Numbered from the stretch's first letter, positions 46,760-56,838 are shown. The stretch is 64,000 nucleotides of DNA from Methylophilaceae bacterium (GCA_028823485.1 JAPKBG010000003.1:52898-116897); one strand, 5' to 3'. Notes: generated by a model from the sequence alone, not told the origin. Numbers and translations are program-made.

Positions 46760-47020
46760 CAGAAGTGATAATTTAGGCCTTTATGATGTGTTTTGCAACA
46801 CTTTTTTACCTCTTAGTTTTATTCAAATCTGCACCATTTTTTGGCATCAAAAGACTAGGTTGCGCTATTAGTGGGATACAGCTAATGTGAGTGATTACCA
46901 ACCTAAACAAACAGCACAGAAAATAATTAAATAGACAAAAGTGTGATATCTGTGTAACAACTTTTGAACTAGCTGTTTCAAATGGCTATTGGCTGAGAAA
47001 ATTCTATGAGAAAATGCGGT

Positions 47021-48289
47021 ATGCCAAGACTCTTATATACGCTCTTACTTTATGTGGCTTTGCCATTTTTGCCACTTAAACTCTTGTGGCGCGGAATGAA
47101 GCAACGTGAATACCTCAAACACTGGGGTGAGCGTTTTGGCAGCTATGGTCAAATGAAGCCTTTAGAGCCAGTGATTTGGTTGCATTGCGTTTCTGTTGGT
47201 GAAACACATGCGGCAGCGCCATTGATTAAAGCGCTACAGCAGCAATATCCGAAACATCAGATATTGCTCACGCATACCACCCCCACCGGCCGTGCTGCGA
47301 GTGAGAAGCTGTTTGGCGATACGGTGCAGCGTGTGTATTTACCCTACGATGTACCGTTTGCCGTGCGACGCTTTTTAAAGCATTTTACGCCAGCGCTTGG
47401 TCTGCTGATGGAAACAGAGATTTGGTTTAATTTAATTGCCAGCTGTAAACAAAACAAAGTGCCATTGCTATTACTCAACGCGAGGCTATCTGAAAAGTCG
47501 GCAAAGGGCTATGCCAAGCTTGGCAGCTTAACGACCAAGGGGTTGGTCGCTTTAACCGCTGTTACGGCACAAAGCCAAGCGGATGCAAGGCGTTTGGTTG
47601 AATTAGGTGCACACAATGTCAGCGTCACTGGTAACTTGAAATTCGATGTCACGCCGCCAGATGAGAGTCGCGAAGATGGCTTAGCATTACGCACACTGTT
47701 CGGCAAGAGGCGGCTAGTGTTTTTAGCTGCAAGTACGCGAGAGGGCGAAGAGGCGCTGATATTAGAAGCCGTGCGTGGCTTAAAGGTATTAACGGTGATT
47801 GTGCCGCGCCATCCGCAGCGTTTTAATGCCGTCGCGGCATTGTTAGCAGAAGAAGGCTTCTCTTTTGTTCGCCGATCGTCCATTGCCACGCAGGTAGAAA
47901 GAAATGTGCAAGTCGTACTGGGCGATAGCATGGGGGAAATGTTTAGTTATTATGCAGCGTGTGACTTTACCTTTGTCGGCGGTGGCTTGCTCAACTTTGG
48001 TGGGCAAAATATCATTGAGCCTGCCATCATGGGCAAACCCATTTTAATCGGACAACATACGTTTAATTTTGCAGAGGCGAGCGCCAGTGCAATTGCGATT
48101 GGCGCGGCGATTCAAGTGAGCGACGCCGCTGATCTGCGTCATCAAATTTTAAGCTTATTACAAAATCCTGCTCAACGTAGCAGCATGCACAAAGCGGCGC
48201 TTCAATTTAGCCAATCGGCGACAGGTGCAACCGCCAGAACGATGACACTGATTACTCAGCTGGGTGGCAGCGCAACAACAACTACTTAA
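47021..48289 (+). CDS. waaA: 3-deoxy-D-manno-octulosonic acid (Kdo) transferase
   Basis: Collinear with E. coli WaaA: LLYTLLLY..., H.VSVGET.AA.PL, LMETE.W.NLI, NARLS.KSAKGYAKLG, VPRHP.RF, GDSMGE, GGQN..EPA. Confidence 0.9.
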   Translation: MPRLLYTLLLYVALPFLPLKLLWRGMKQREYLKHWGERFGSYGQMKPLEPVIWLHCVSVGETHAAAPLIKALQQQYPKHQILLTHTTPTGRAASEKLFGDTVQRVYLPYDVPFAVRRFLKHFTPALGLLMETEIWFNLIASCKQNKVPLLLLNARLSEKSAKGYAKLGSLTTKGLVALTAVTAQSQADARRLVELGAHNVSVTGNLKFDVTPPDESREDGLALRTLFGKRRLVFLAASTREGEEALILEAVRGLKVLTVIVPRHPQRFNAVAALLAEEGFSFVRRSSIATQVERNVQVVLGDSMGEMFSYYAACDFTFVGGGLLNFGGQNIIEPAIMGKPILIGQHTFNFAEASASAIAIGAAIQVSDAADLRHQILSLLQNPAQRSSMHKAALQFSQSATGATARTMTLITQLGGSATTTT

Positions 48290-48854
48290 TTAGTTTTGAG
48301 ATGGCTTTAAACGCTTCGTGATTGGCATTGCCTAGCCATTCGAATACAACAGATTCCGTATTAGTGACGATACAACCTGCGCTGGCTAAACGTGCCAATG
48401 CGTTGGCCTTGTTTACAGGCTGACGGGAAATAACAGCATCAGCGACGACGAAGACTTGTTTGCCTTGTGCGATTAAAGCGAGTGCTGTTTGCAAGACACA
48501 AATGTGCGCTTCTAAGCCGACTAATACAATGTGTGATTTATCACGTTGTAACTTAGCTTTGACTTTCGGTTCTGCATAGGCTGAAAATGCCGTTTTTGCG
48601 ATTGGTTTGTTCGCTAGCAAATATTCTGCAATCTCTGGTGAAGTCTCACCTAAGGCCTGCGGATATTGCTCGGTAGCGATGACAGGTACTTGCAACAAAT
48701 TGGCCGCTTGCACCAAACGACTGCAGTTCTGAATCACAGCTTGCATCTCGATCGTCTGCATCTCACCACACAACTTAGCTTGCACATCGATAATAACGAG
48801 CTGGCTTGATGAAGCGTGGGTGAACTGCGTTGTCGCTTTGTGATCGTTAGACAT
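48282..48854 (-). CDS. isochorismatase-family hydrolase
   Basis: ...LVIIDVQ.K.....; ...VLVGLEAHICVLQTALAL...G..V.VVADAV.S: catalytic Cys context of the family. Confidence 0.8.
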   Translation of the reverse strand: MSNDHKATTQFTHASSSQLVIIDVQAKLCGEMQTIEMQAVIQNCSRLVQAANLLQVPVIATEQYPQALGETSPEIAEYLLANKPIAKTAFSAYAEPKVKAKLQRDKSHIVLVGLEAHICVLQTALALIAQGKQVFVVADAVISRQPVNKANALARLASAGCIVTNTESVVFEWLGNANHEAFKAISKLIK

Positions 48855-48856
48855 GA

Positions 48857-50422
48857 TTAGCTATCAACCAATAATTGATTATTAATTTCTTCTAAATCCA
48901 TAGGAGAAAGTAAGCCTGCGGAAAATTTCAATCGAATAATATTCACCAAGTAATTATATCTTGCCTGCAGCAAATCCCGCTTAGATGAGTATAGTTGTTG
49001 TTGTGCATCCAGCACATCAATACTGGTTCTCACACCGACCTCATAACCGAGTGTCGTTGATTCCAGTTGGCTTTGCGTACTGGACAACGCTTGCTCTAAA
49101 GCGCGAACTTGGGCAATGGTACTGTCCAAATTAAAGTAATGGCGCTGTGTTTCTAAGTTCGTTTCTCGCATGGTAAGGTCTAGCTCATGTTGCGCTTTCT
49201 GCTTTTCAAAGCCAGCTTGTCTGGCCACAGAACTGATTGCACCACCTTGATAAATTGGAATATTTAACTCTATCCCAATGGTGCCATTATTGAGGTCGCT
49301 GCCAAACCCATTGGCACTGCTATTCGCATAACTATTCGAATAACTAGCAACCGCGTCTAAGGTTGGCAAGTGTCCAGCTTTTGCGACTACGATTTCTCGC
49401 TCTGCAATCGCTACATTATCTTGCTGCATTTGTACGTTTAGGTTGTTGAGCAAGGCGACTTGTTGCCAATCCTCAATGGTCTGCCTAAGTTGCGCTACCT
49501 TGATGTCAGATTTCACTGTCGCTAATGTGGCAGGAAGCTGATTGGTAATAGCTTGTATACTCCGCTGCGCAATTAAAAACTCATTCTCTGCCGCTATCGC
49601 TTGTGACACCACCAAATCAAAACGGGCTTGCGCTTCATTCACATCCGTAATCGTAGAAGTCCCGACTTCAAAATTGGCCTGCGCTTGCTGTAACTGCTCA
49701 AGAATGGCTGTTTTTTGCGACTTGATTAGATCAATTTTATCTTGTGCAATCAGGACATCAAAATAGGCTTCTGTTACCCGAAGAATCAAATTTTGCTGAC
49801 TTAGGTGATATTGTTTATCGGCTAGACTGACTTGCGTTTTCGCTTGATTGATTTTCTCCCAGCTATCTTTGCGGAAAATCGCCTGTCTCGCCTCTAAGCT
49901 GTACCGGCGACTTTCGAATGAATTGCGCCCCTCATTACGAAAGATATTAACGCCAATATATTCAATATCCGTTTCCGATGCACTAGCACCAGCACTAAAA
50001 TTAATGTTTGGACGGTATAGCGCTTTACTTTGCTCGATCAACTCTTGTGCAGATTGGTTGCTGCTAAGCGCAGATGCCAAGGCAGGGTCGTTGGTCAATG
50101 CTTGCTGATAAATATCAATCAACGTTTGTTGCTGAGGCTTCGCCTGTGTCTGCACCGGCCCAGCATACTGGTTAACAAACACCGAATCTGCTTTACCTAA
50201 ACTTTCGGACAATGTTGTTGCCCTCACCAATCCTAATTCAGCATTATCACGCACACCGGTTTGATGATAAACTTCATATAACGTTTGTTGTTTTAAGGGT
50301 CGTGGCTCATCTTCCAGCACGATGGGATCGATATCGCTTAAGACGGTAATCAACATTAAATCAAACGAAGCAAACGCGATGTTTGTCGTCATTAACAACA
50401 GAAAGACTATTATTATTTTCAT
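48857..50422 (-). CDS. tolC: TolC-family outer-membrane efflux protein
   Basis: Signal peptide; TLIDIYQQALTNDPAL start of the TolC core; two structural repeats; 521 aa. Confidence 0.85.
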   Translation of the reverse strand: MKIIIVFLLLMTTNIAFASFDLMLITVLSDIDPIVLEDEPRPLKQQTLYEVYHQTGVRDNAELGLVRATTLSESLGKADSVFVNQYAGPVQTQAKPQQQTLIDIYQQALTNDPALASALSSNQSAQELIEQSKALYRPNINFSAGASASETDIEYIGVNIFRNEGRNSFESRRYSLEARQAIFRKDSWEKINQAKTQVSLADKQYHLSQQNLILRVTEAYFDVLIAQDKIDLIKSQKTAILEQLQQAQANFEVGTSTITDVNEAQARFDLVVSQAIAAENEFLIAQRSIQAITNQLPATLATVKSDIKVAQLRQTIEDWQQVALLNNLNVQMQQDNVAIAEREIVVAKAGHLPTLDAVASYSNSYANSSANGFGSDLNNGTIGIELNIPIYQGGAISSVARQAGFEKQKAQHELDLTMRETNLETQRHYFNLDSTIAQVRALEQALSSTQSQLESTTLGYEVGVRTSIDVLDAQQQLYSSKRDLLQARYNYLVNIIRLKFSAGLLSPMDLEEINNQLLVDS

Positions 50423-50431
50423 GCGATTAAG

Positions 50432-51109
50432 TTAGAACTCAAAATTATCTTGTTGCGGTGCACTCGCTAATTCAGGAATACAGGTTTCAAAAATCACTTG
50501 TTTGCTAAAGCCAATCTCAGAAACTCTCTGGATTAACGTTGCCTCCATCACCGGCGCTGACCCTAGTACAACAAATAGGCTGCCCCCAATTTTTAATTGC
50601 TCACGTAAATTAGGTGGCTCCACTGGTGACGAACCAGTCAGCACAATCACATCATAAGGCTGCTGCTCTGCAAACCCTCTAACGCCATTGACTAATTCAA
50701 TCGTGACATTATGAATATCATGCTGAGCCAATTGATAAGCCGCCTTTGCACTCAACTCTGGGTCTACCTCTAGTGAGTAAACATGTTCAGCCAGCTTGGC
50801 TAATAATGCAGTGAAGTAGCCGCTACCTGTACCAACATGGAGGACTCTATCTGTATTTTTGAGGTTAAGCGATTGTAAAATGCGCGCCTCAAGTTTTGGT
50901 GACAGCATAAACTGTTCATCAATCAATGGTATTTCAATGTCAGCAAAAGCGAGGCCTTGATAGGCTGCTGGTACAAAGTGTTCACGTGGCACATCGTGCA
51001 ACAATTGCAACACCTTAGGATCTAATACATCCCAAGTGCGAATTTGCTGTTCTATCATGTTAAAACGGGCTTGCGCGTTACCATCATTTATCGTTGCTAT
51101 TATCATCAT
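50432..51109 (-). CDS. protein-L-isoaspartate O-methyltransferase-like protein
   Basis: ...MIEQQIRTWDV.D..VL......PRE.F.P..., SAM motif VLHVGTGSGYFTALLA. The exact start is uncertain. Confidence 0.75.
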   Translation of the reverse strand: MMIIATINDGNAQARFNMIEQQIRTWDVLDPKVLQLLHDVPREHFVPAAYQGLAFADIEIPLIDEQFMLSPKLEARILQSLNLKNTDRVLHVGTGSGYFTALLAKLAEHVYSLEVDPELSAKAAYQLAQHDIHNVTIELVNGVRGFAEQQPYDVIVLTGSSPVEPPNLREQLKIGGSLFVVLGSAPVMEATLIQRVSEIGFSKQVIFETCIPELASAPQQDNFEF

Positions 51110-51178
51110 TAAACCTAAATATTACGTATATATAATAGTGTAAAACAGTATTGCTTACTGTGGTGCTTATTAACGTGA

Positions 51179-54100
51179 TTATTCCGTCATTTCTTCTGCC
51201 AATAATGGTGGCTCATTACTGCCAGCCTCTTTTGGCATACTTACTTTAAACCACGCCGCATATAAGGCTGGCAAAAAAAGTACTGTTAACAAGGTTGCTA
51301 CTGCTAAGCCGCCCATTATGGCAACAGCCATTGGTCCAAAAAACACACTTCTGGTCAGCGGAATCATCGCCAAAATCGCTGTACCTGCGGTCAATACTAT
51401 CGGCCTAAACCGTCGGACTGTGGACTCTACAATCGCCTGCCATGTTTCGACACCCGCGCTTTTATCTTGTTCAATTTGATCAATCAAAATTACGGAATTA
51501 CGCATGATCATGCCTGATAACGCAATTGTGCCCAGCATAGCAACAAAGCCGAAGGGCTGATTAAACAATAAGAGGGCGATTGTGACTCCAATTAACCCTA
51601 ATGGCGCTGTTAGTAATACCAAAAATACACGTGAGAAACTTTGCAGCTGTATGATGAGCAATGTCAACACGACAACTAAAAACAATGGTACGCCTTTTGC
51701 AACAGAGGCGCCACCTTTGCTGGACTCCTCAATAGCGCCGCCTGTTTCTATGGTAATGCCGAGTGGTAAATTGGCTTTTATCTCCGTTAACTTTGCTTCT
51801 ACTTGGTTCGAGGCAACTGGTGCTTGTATCCCTCCTTTTAAGTTAGCCCGCACCGTAATAGAAGGCACGCGATTGCGCCGCCAAATCACACCTTCCTCAA
51901 ATGTGTAACTGATGGTGGCTAATTGCGATAACGGTACATTGTCACCTGACGATGATGTAATCATCAAATTCTGCAAACGCGATAGTTTTGTCCGCTCCAC
52001 CGCCGGGCCACGCGCGACCAAATCAATGCGCTCATTACCTTCGCGGAATTCGGTCAAGTAAAGTTCATGCATCGCGCCATTAATCATGTTCGCAATATCG
52101 ACAGAACTGACATTTAGCAAACGGGCTTTGGCTTGGTCAATATCGACTTTCACCAGCTTACTTGGCTCTTCCCAGCCTAGTTGCACGTTAATCAAGTTCG
52201 GGTTATCGCGCATAATCTCAGCAACTTGACGAGCGATTGCTCTTGTTTTATCTAAGTCAGCGCCATCGACTCTAAATTGCACAGGAAAGCCGACAGGCGG
52301 CCCATTTTCTAAACGCATAACAGAGGCGCGCAAACTGGGGAAGGCATGCTCAAACAAGTCTAATAAGTCACTGCGTAAGACTTCACGTGTCGCTAGGTCT
52401 TTTGACAAAATCACCAGTTGCGCAAACCCTCTATGTGGCATTTGCACATCGAGTGGTAAGTAATATCGCGGCGCGCCTGTACCAATATAGGCCAGATAGT
52501 TTTCTAGGCCTTGATGCTCTTTGTTCCACTGATCTAGCCATTGTTCTAACTTTTTGACTTCAGCATCCGTTGCTTCATAAGAAGCGCCTTCGGTTAACCG
52601 TAAATCAACCACCATTTCTAACCGTGTTGAATCTGGAAAAAACTGCTGCTGTACTTTGCTAAAACCAATCACCGCTAAGACAAAAGTGAGTAAGGTAGCC
52701 ACAATTACGGTCTTACGATAACGTACACAACGGATCACCAGTCGGCGGAAAATTGCATAAAACTTGGTATTATAAATATCGTGATGATGTTCCGATTCTG
52801 CTGCGTCAGCGATTTTGAAGGTTCGCCTTATCCAAGCCATCAAGCGTGACTGCTGTGGCGCTTTACTGTAGTCAGGTAGTAAGTGATAGCCCAAATACGG
52901 TACAAAAATAACCGCAGCTATCCATGATAGTGAGAGTGAAATCGCAGATACTTGAAAGATAGAACGCGTGTATTCACCAGTAGAAGAGGCGGCCGTGGCA
53001 ATAGGTAAAAACCCAGCGACCGTCACCATGGTGCCCGTCAGCATTGGCACTGCAGTTGAGTTAAAAGCAAACGAAGCGGCTTTCACTCTATCCCAACCTT
53101 GTTCCATTTTGGATGACATCATTTCAACCGCAATAATGGCATCATCAACTAGCAAACCAAGCGCTAAAATTAACGCGCCCAATGATATTTTGTGTAATCC
53201 AATATCAAATAAATACATTAACAAAAAGGTAGCGGACAGCACCACAGGAATAGAGATAGCAACAACGATACCCGTTCTTAAGCCTAATGATAATAGGCTC
53301 ACACCAAGCACAATCACTAGCGCCTCGACCAAAGAGCCAACAAAATCATTCACACTATCTGCGACGATTTCTGACTGTGATGTCACCGTGTGTACGCTCA
53401 CACCAACGGGTAGATGGTTTTTGATGCGCAGCATTTTTATCTCAAGCGCTTTACCTAGGGCAATGACATCGCCGCCTTCCGTCATGCTTACGCCCATTAA
53501 CAGTGTTTCTTTTCCGTTATACCGCGCTGTATCATGTGGTGGATCTTCGTAGCCGCGATAGACTTTAGCAACATCGCCTAACTTAAAATCTTGCTGACCT
53601 ACGCGTAAACTTGTTTGACGTAAATCCGCTAGTGTTTCATATCGCCCAGAAACTTCGACCCTAATCCGCTCTTTTGGCGAGTCGTAAACACCACTCGCGA
53701 CGATAGCATTTTGTAACTGCAGGGTATTAATCAGCTCTACCGCGCTTAATCCCAGTGTTGCTAATTTCGCATTTGAGAACTCAATATAGATCCGCTGCTT
53801 TTGTTCGCCAAAGAAATTAACTTTTGCAACATCTGGCGTTTTAAGCAACGCATTTCTAATCAATTCAGCTTGCTGTTTTAAGGCAAAGTTATCGAAGCCA
53901 TCACCCGTTAATGCATACATGGTCCCATACACATCACTAAACTCATCATTGAAGGTTAAACTTTGAATATAGCTGGGTAGGGTGTGTCGAATGTCGCCGA
54001 CTTTTTTGCGAACTTGATACCAAATTTCTGGAATTTCTTCAGAGAAAGTATCATCTTTAATGACAATAAAAATAACCGATTCACCTGGCCTTGAAAAACT

Positions 54101-54394
54101 ACTGGTATAACCAAGATGCGGCACTTCTTGCAGCTTTTTTTCAATCTTATCGGTGACTTGTTGCTCAACCTCAACGGCACTTGCACCTGGCCAAGCAGTA
54201 CGAATCAGCATCACTTTAAACGTAAATGGAGGGTCTTCAGATTGCCCTAATTTGGTATAAGCAAACATGCCAGACACCACTAACATGAGCATCAAATATA
54301 AGACGACTGTTTGGTGCTTTAATGCCCAATCTGACAGATTAAACTGTTGCGTAACAATAGCCTCTTCTAGTGATTCATTGGCCACGACGATCAC
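51179..54394 (-). CDS. RND-family efflux transporter permease
   Basis: 1071 aa. FNLSDWALKH..., GQSEDPPFTFKVM...WPGAS..EVEQQVTDKIEKKLQE, 12-TM AcrB-type architecture. The exact start is uncertain (20-bp overlap with the MFP gene). Confidence 0.9.
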   Translation of the reverse strand: MIVVANESLEEAIVTQQFNLSDWALKHQTVVLYLMLMLVVSGMFAYTKLGQSEDPPFTFKVMLIRTAWPGASAVEVEQQVTDKIEKKLQEVPHLGYTSSFSRPGESVIFIVIKDDTFSEEIPEIWYQVRKKVGDIRHTLPSYIQSLTFNDEFSDVYGTMYALTGDGFDNFALKQQAELIRNALLKTPDVAKVNFFGEQKQRIYIEFSNAKLATLGLSAVELINTLQLQNAIVASGVYDSPKERIRVEVSGRYETLADLRQTSLRVGQQDFKLGDVAKVYRGYEDPPHDTARYNGKETLLMGVSMTEGGDVIALGKALEIKMLRIKNHLPVGVSVHTVTSQSEIVADSVNDFVGSLVEALVIVLGVSLLSLGLRTGIVVAISIPVVLSATFLLMYLFDIGLHKISLGALILALGLLVDDAIIAVEMMSSKMEQGWDRVKAASFAFNSTAVPMLTGTMVTVAGFLPIATAASSTGEYTRSIFQVSAISLSLSWIAAVIFVPYLGYHLLPDYSKAPQQSRLMAWIRRTFKIADAAESEHHHDIYNTKFYAIFRRLVIRCVRYRKTVIVATLLTFVLAVIGFSKVQQQFFPDSTRLEMVVDLRLTEGASYEATDAEVKKLEQWLDQWNKEHQGLENYLAYIGTGAPRYYLPLDVQMPHRGFAQLVILSKDLATREVLRSDLLDLFEHAFPSLRASVMRLENGPPVGFPVQFRVDGADLDKTRAIARQVAEIMRDNPNLINVQLGWEEPSKLVKVDIDQAKARLLNVSSVDIANMINGAMHELYLTEFREGNERIDLVARGPAVERTKLSRLQNLMITSSSGDNVPLSQLATISYTFEEGVIWRRNRVPSITVRANLKGGIQAPVASNQVEAKLTEIKANLPLGITIETGGAIEESSKGGASVAKGVPLFLVVVLTLLIIQLQSFSRVFLVLLTAPLGLIGVTIALLLFNQPFGFVAMLGTIALSGMIMRNSVILIDQIEQDKSAGVETWQAIVESTVRRFRPIVLTAGTAILAMIPLTRSVFFGPMAVAIMGGLAVATLLTVLFLPALYAAWFKVSMPKEAGSNEPPLLAEEMTE

Positions 54395-55469
54395 TCACTT
54401 TTTGTATAGTAGGCTTCACTTGTTGACCTTGCACTAAAGTATGCACACCGGCAATGGCAACCATTTCACCAACAACCAAACCTTTGTTAACCGCAATCCC
54501 TTTTTCGGCAAATGATCCTATATCAACTTCGCGCTGTTTAGCGATGCCTTTATCGTCAATCACCCAAACAATACTACGTCCTTTAACTTGTGTAACAGCA
54601 CTACTTGGTACGGTTATTTTTTGCGCTGATTCCATGCCAAAAACAACCCCGGCCGTCATGCCTAGTCCCACTTGTTCGTCTACATCCATAAAGGCTACTC
54701 GCATATCAAAAGCCCGAGTTGCTTCACTTGCAGCTGGTGCAATTTCACGCACCTTCCCTTTATACGCTTTCGTTTGATTTGCCCACAATCTAATAGCCAC
54801 TAGGTCATTCACTTTCACTTCATTCATTCGCGACTCTGGTATGGCTGCTTGCACTTCAATTTGTTGCGTATCCACAATTTGCACAATCATTTCGCCCACC
54901 TGAACGACTTGCCCAGGCTCTGCATTAATGGATGTGATGATGCCATCGCGATCGGCAGTCAGCTTTGTGTAGTGTGATTGGTTATTAGCAACGGCTGCTT
55001 GCGCTTTGGCCTGCTTTAATCTTGCTGCAACTATTTTTAATTGTGCTTCTTGACTATCTAATGCTGACTGTGAAATGAATTTCTTCGTTAGCAATTGTCG
55101 CTGACGTTCGACGTCTGCTTTTGCTAATGCATAGTTTGCCTTAGCAGCCAGAATGTCCGCGTTCGCTGCCTGAGCAGTTAAACGACTATCAGTAGCATCA
55201 ATTTTTACAAGTACTTGGCCTTTTTTAACAACATCGCCCACTTCTGCTTTCCGCTGAATAATCTTGCCTGCAATTCTAAAACTTTGGTTGGACTCATAAC
55301 GTGACTTCACCTCACCGACCAATGTCATTTTTTCACTAGCTTCAGTACTGGCTTCTCCAACGACCATCACTAGTGCAGGCCGCGGCGGTACCGCCTTTTC
55401 TGGTGGTTTATCACAGGCTTGTAATAATAATATGACTGTCAAGCCACTGAGTATGTTTTTTAATTTCAT
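54375..55469 (-). CDS. RND efflux periplasmic adaptor (membrane fusion protein), lipoprotein
   Basis: Lipobox LLLQAC, lipoyl/hairpin/beta-barrel pattern (G.V....V..GD.V.KGQVL..ID), coiled-coil hairpin. Confidence 0.9.
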   Translation of the reverse strand: MKLKNILSGLTVILLLQACDKPPEKAVPPRPALVMVVGEASTEASEKMTLVGEVKSRYESNQSFRIAGKIIQRKAEVGDVVKKGQVLVKIDATDSRLTAQAANADILAAKANYALAKADVERQRQLLTKKFISQSALDSQEAQLKIVAARLKQAKAQAAVANNQSHYTKLTADRDGIITSINAEPGQVVQVGEMIVQIVDTQQIEVQAAIPESRMNEVKVNDLVAIRLWANQTKAYKGKVREIAPAASEATRAFDMRVAFMDVDEQVGLGMTAGVVFGMESAQKITVPSSAVTQVKGRSIVWVIDDKGIAKQREVDIGSFAEKGIAVNKGLVVGEMVAIAGVHTLVQGQQVKPTIQKVSDRRGQ

Positions 55470-55472
55470 TAT

Positions 55473-56099
55473 TTACCCTCTCATTAATCCACGCATCATT
55501 ACTTTTTGCATCAAATACACTCTTTCACGCAGTCCGCTCCATTGCACCCAGTCATCCTTTTCCATCGTAATGTGTAATGCACACACGCCATGCATGCCCG
55601 CCCATATCGTCTGAGCAATTAAATCCACATCAGTTAAGTCACCTCTAAAACACTTGGCATCATACACAGCGGTAACGACGGTTTTCAATAACAAATATGC
55701 ATTTTGCTCAGCGCTATGTTCCCTTGCATCATCACTTTCAATAGCCACTGCAGGGCGTGGCGTCATAAACATTAATCGATAATGATTAGGGTGGCTAAGC
55801 GCAAAATCAGCATATGCTTGACCCAATGCAACCATACGCTCTACTGGGTCAGTGATTTTCATCACACCCTCAAAAGTACTGGCTAACGCGATGCAATCCG
55901 TTTCACATATCACGCGCAACAAGTCATCCTTATCACTAAAGTGCAGATAAATACTGGTAGCAGAGTAGCCAATTTGTTTTGCAATTTGGCGCATACTCAC
56001 CGCCTCAACACCTTTCCTGATGAACAAGTCACGCGCAGCGTCAATAATCAGCGTTTTCAACTGTTGTTTTTCTTGTTCAGTTTTTACTTTTGGCGGCAT
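55473..56099 (-). CDS. TetR/AcrR-family transcriptional regulator
   Basis: N-terminal HTH ...DAARDLFIRKGVEAVSMRQIAKQIGYSATSIYLHF. First gene of the efflux operon. Confidence 0.9.
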   Translation of the reverse strand: MPPKVKTEQEKQQLKTLIIDAARDLFIRKGVEAVSMRQIAKQIGYSATSIYLHFSDKDDLLRVICETDCIALASTFEGVMKITDPVERMVALGQAYADFALSHPNHYRLMFMTPRPAVAIESDDAREHSAEQNAYLLLKTVVTAVYDAKCFRGDLTDVDLIAQTIWAGMHGVCALHITMEKDDWVQWSGLRERVYLMQKVMMRGLMRG

Positions 56100-56140
56100 T
56101 TATTGATACAACTTATACAAATCTTCTATATATACTCATG

Positions 56141-56171
56141 AATTAACATCGTTAAGTTAACGGTGTTAATT
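56141..56171. promoter_or_regulatory. candidate TetR operator
   Basis: 31-bp near-perfect palindrome aattaacatcgttaa-g-ttaacggtgttaatt (14/15 arm positions), 42-72 bp upstream of the tetR start. Confidence 0.5.
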
Positions 56172-56216
56172 AACTCTGTCAAACATTTATTGTCTACCTC
56201 ATTGTTTAAATCAGAT

Positions 56217-56543
56217 TTATTTAAGCTTGTATTGGTGTGGCTTGTACCAGAGTGAGCACTCACTAATTTCTAGAAGCTTAGCTGCTTTTGCCTTATGGCC
56301 ATTGCAGTGCGCAATAGCCTCAACAATCAACTTCTTCTCTAATTGCGCTGTGACTGCAGAAATAGAGAAGCTATTTTGCACTTCACCCTCAGCCATTTTC
56401 ACTGGCGTGCTGACAACGCCAGCAATATCGACAGGTAGGTTTTCTAGCGCTATCGTGCCATCAGATAATAAAATGCTAGCCCGCTCTAATACATTCTCTA
56501 ACTCACGTACATTACCTGGCAAACCATAACTTTCTAATTTCAA
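56217..56543 (-). pseudogene. 3' remnant of a sigma54-dependent (NtrC/Fis-family) activator
   Basis: ...YGLPGNVRELENVLERASIL... is the end of the AAA+ domain, followed by a degenerate Fis-type HTH (...GHKAKAAKLLEISECSLWYK). The receiver and most of the AAA+ domain are absent. Confidence 0.7.
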
Positions 56544-56546
56544 CTG

Positions 56547-56699
56547 GGTCTCGCTGACGATATCGTCAACATAGCACTTGACTTAACTCTGGGTGGGGTT
56601 GCTATCGCATTTGTCCTAGCCTTTGGTCTTGGCGGACGAGAAGCAGCTGGCAAACAACTAGAGTACTGGTTCCAGAAAATGCGTAACGGGAATAAATAA
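56547..56699 (+). pseudogene. 3' remnant of a conserved-TM-helix / mechanosensitive-channel-like gene
   Basis: Reads GLADDIVNIALDLTLGGVAIAFVLAFGLGGREAAGKQLEYWFQKMRNGNK*. No start codon or upstream coding sequence. It begins at the break point of the sigma54-activator fragment. Confidence 0.5.
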
Positions 56700-56838
56700 G
56701 TCACCTTGATCAAGCGATATTGATCGAATCGTAAAAAACCGTGGCTATGCTGAGGCTTTTTTGTTTGTAATCAAAATGTAAACTTAATATGTAGTAAGGT
56801 TTACTCTGTTAAAATGCACTTCAAATTAGGAACCCATT

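Noticed and set aside
52968-53552. 194-aa plus-strand ORF inside the RND permease gene. Similar shadow ORFs occur in cbiA (9124..9627), waaA (47509..47931), pntB (21378..22109) and nrdJa (45174..46481).
   Set aside because: They are antisense to strongly supported genes, with no recognisable motifs and compositionally skewed products.
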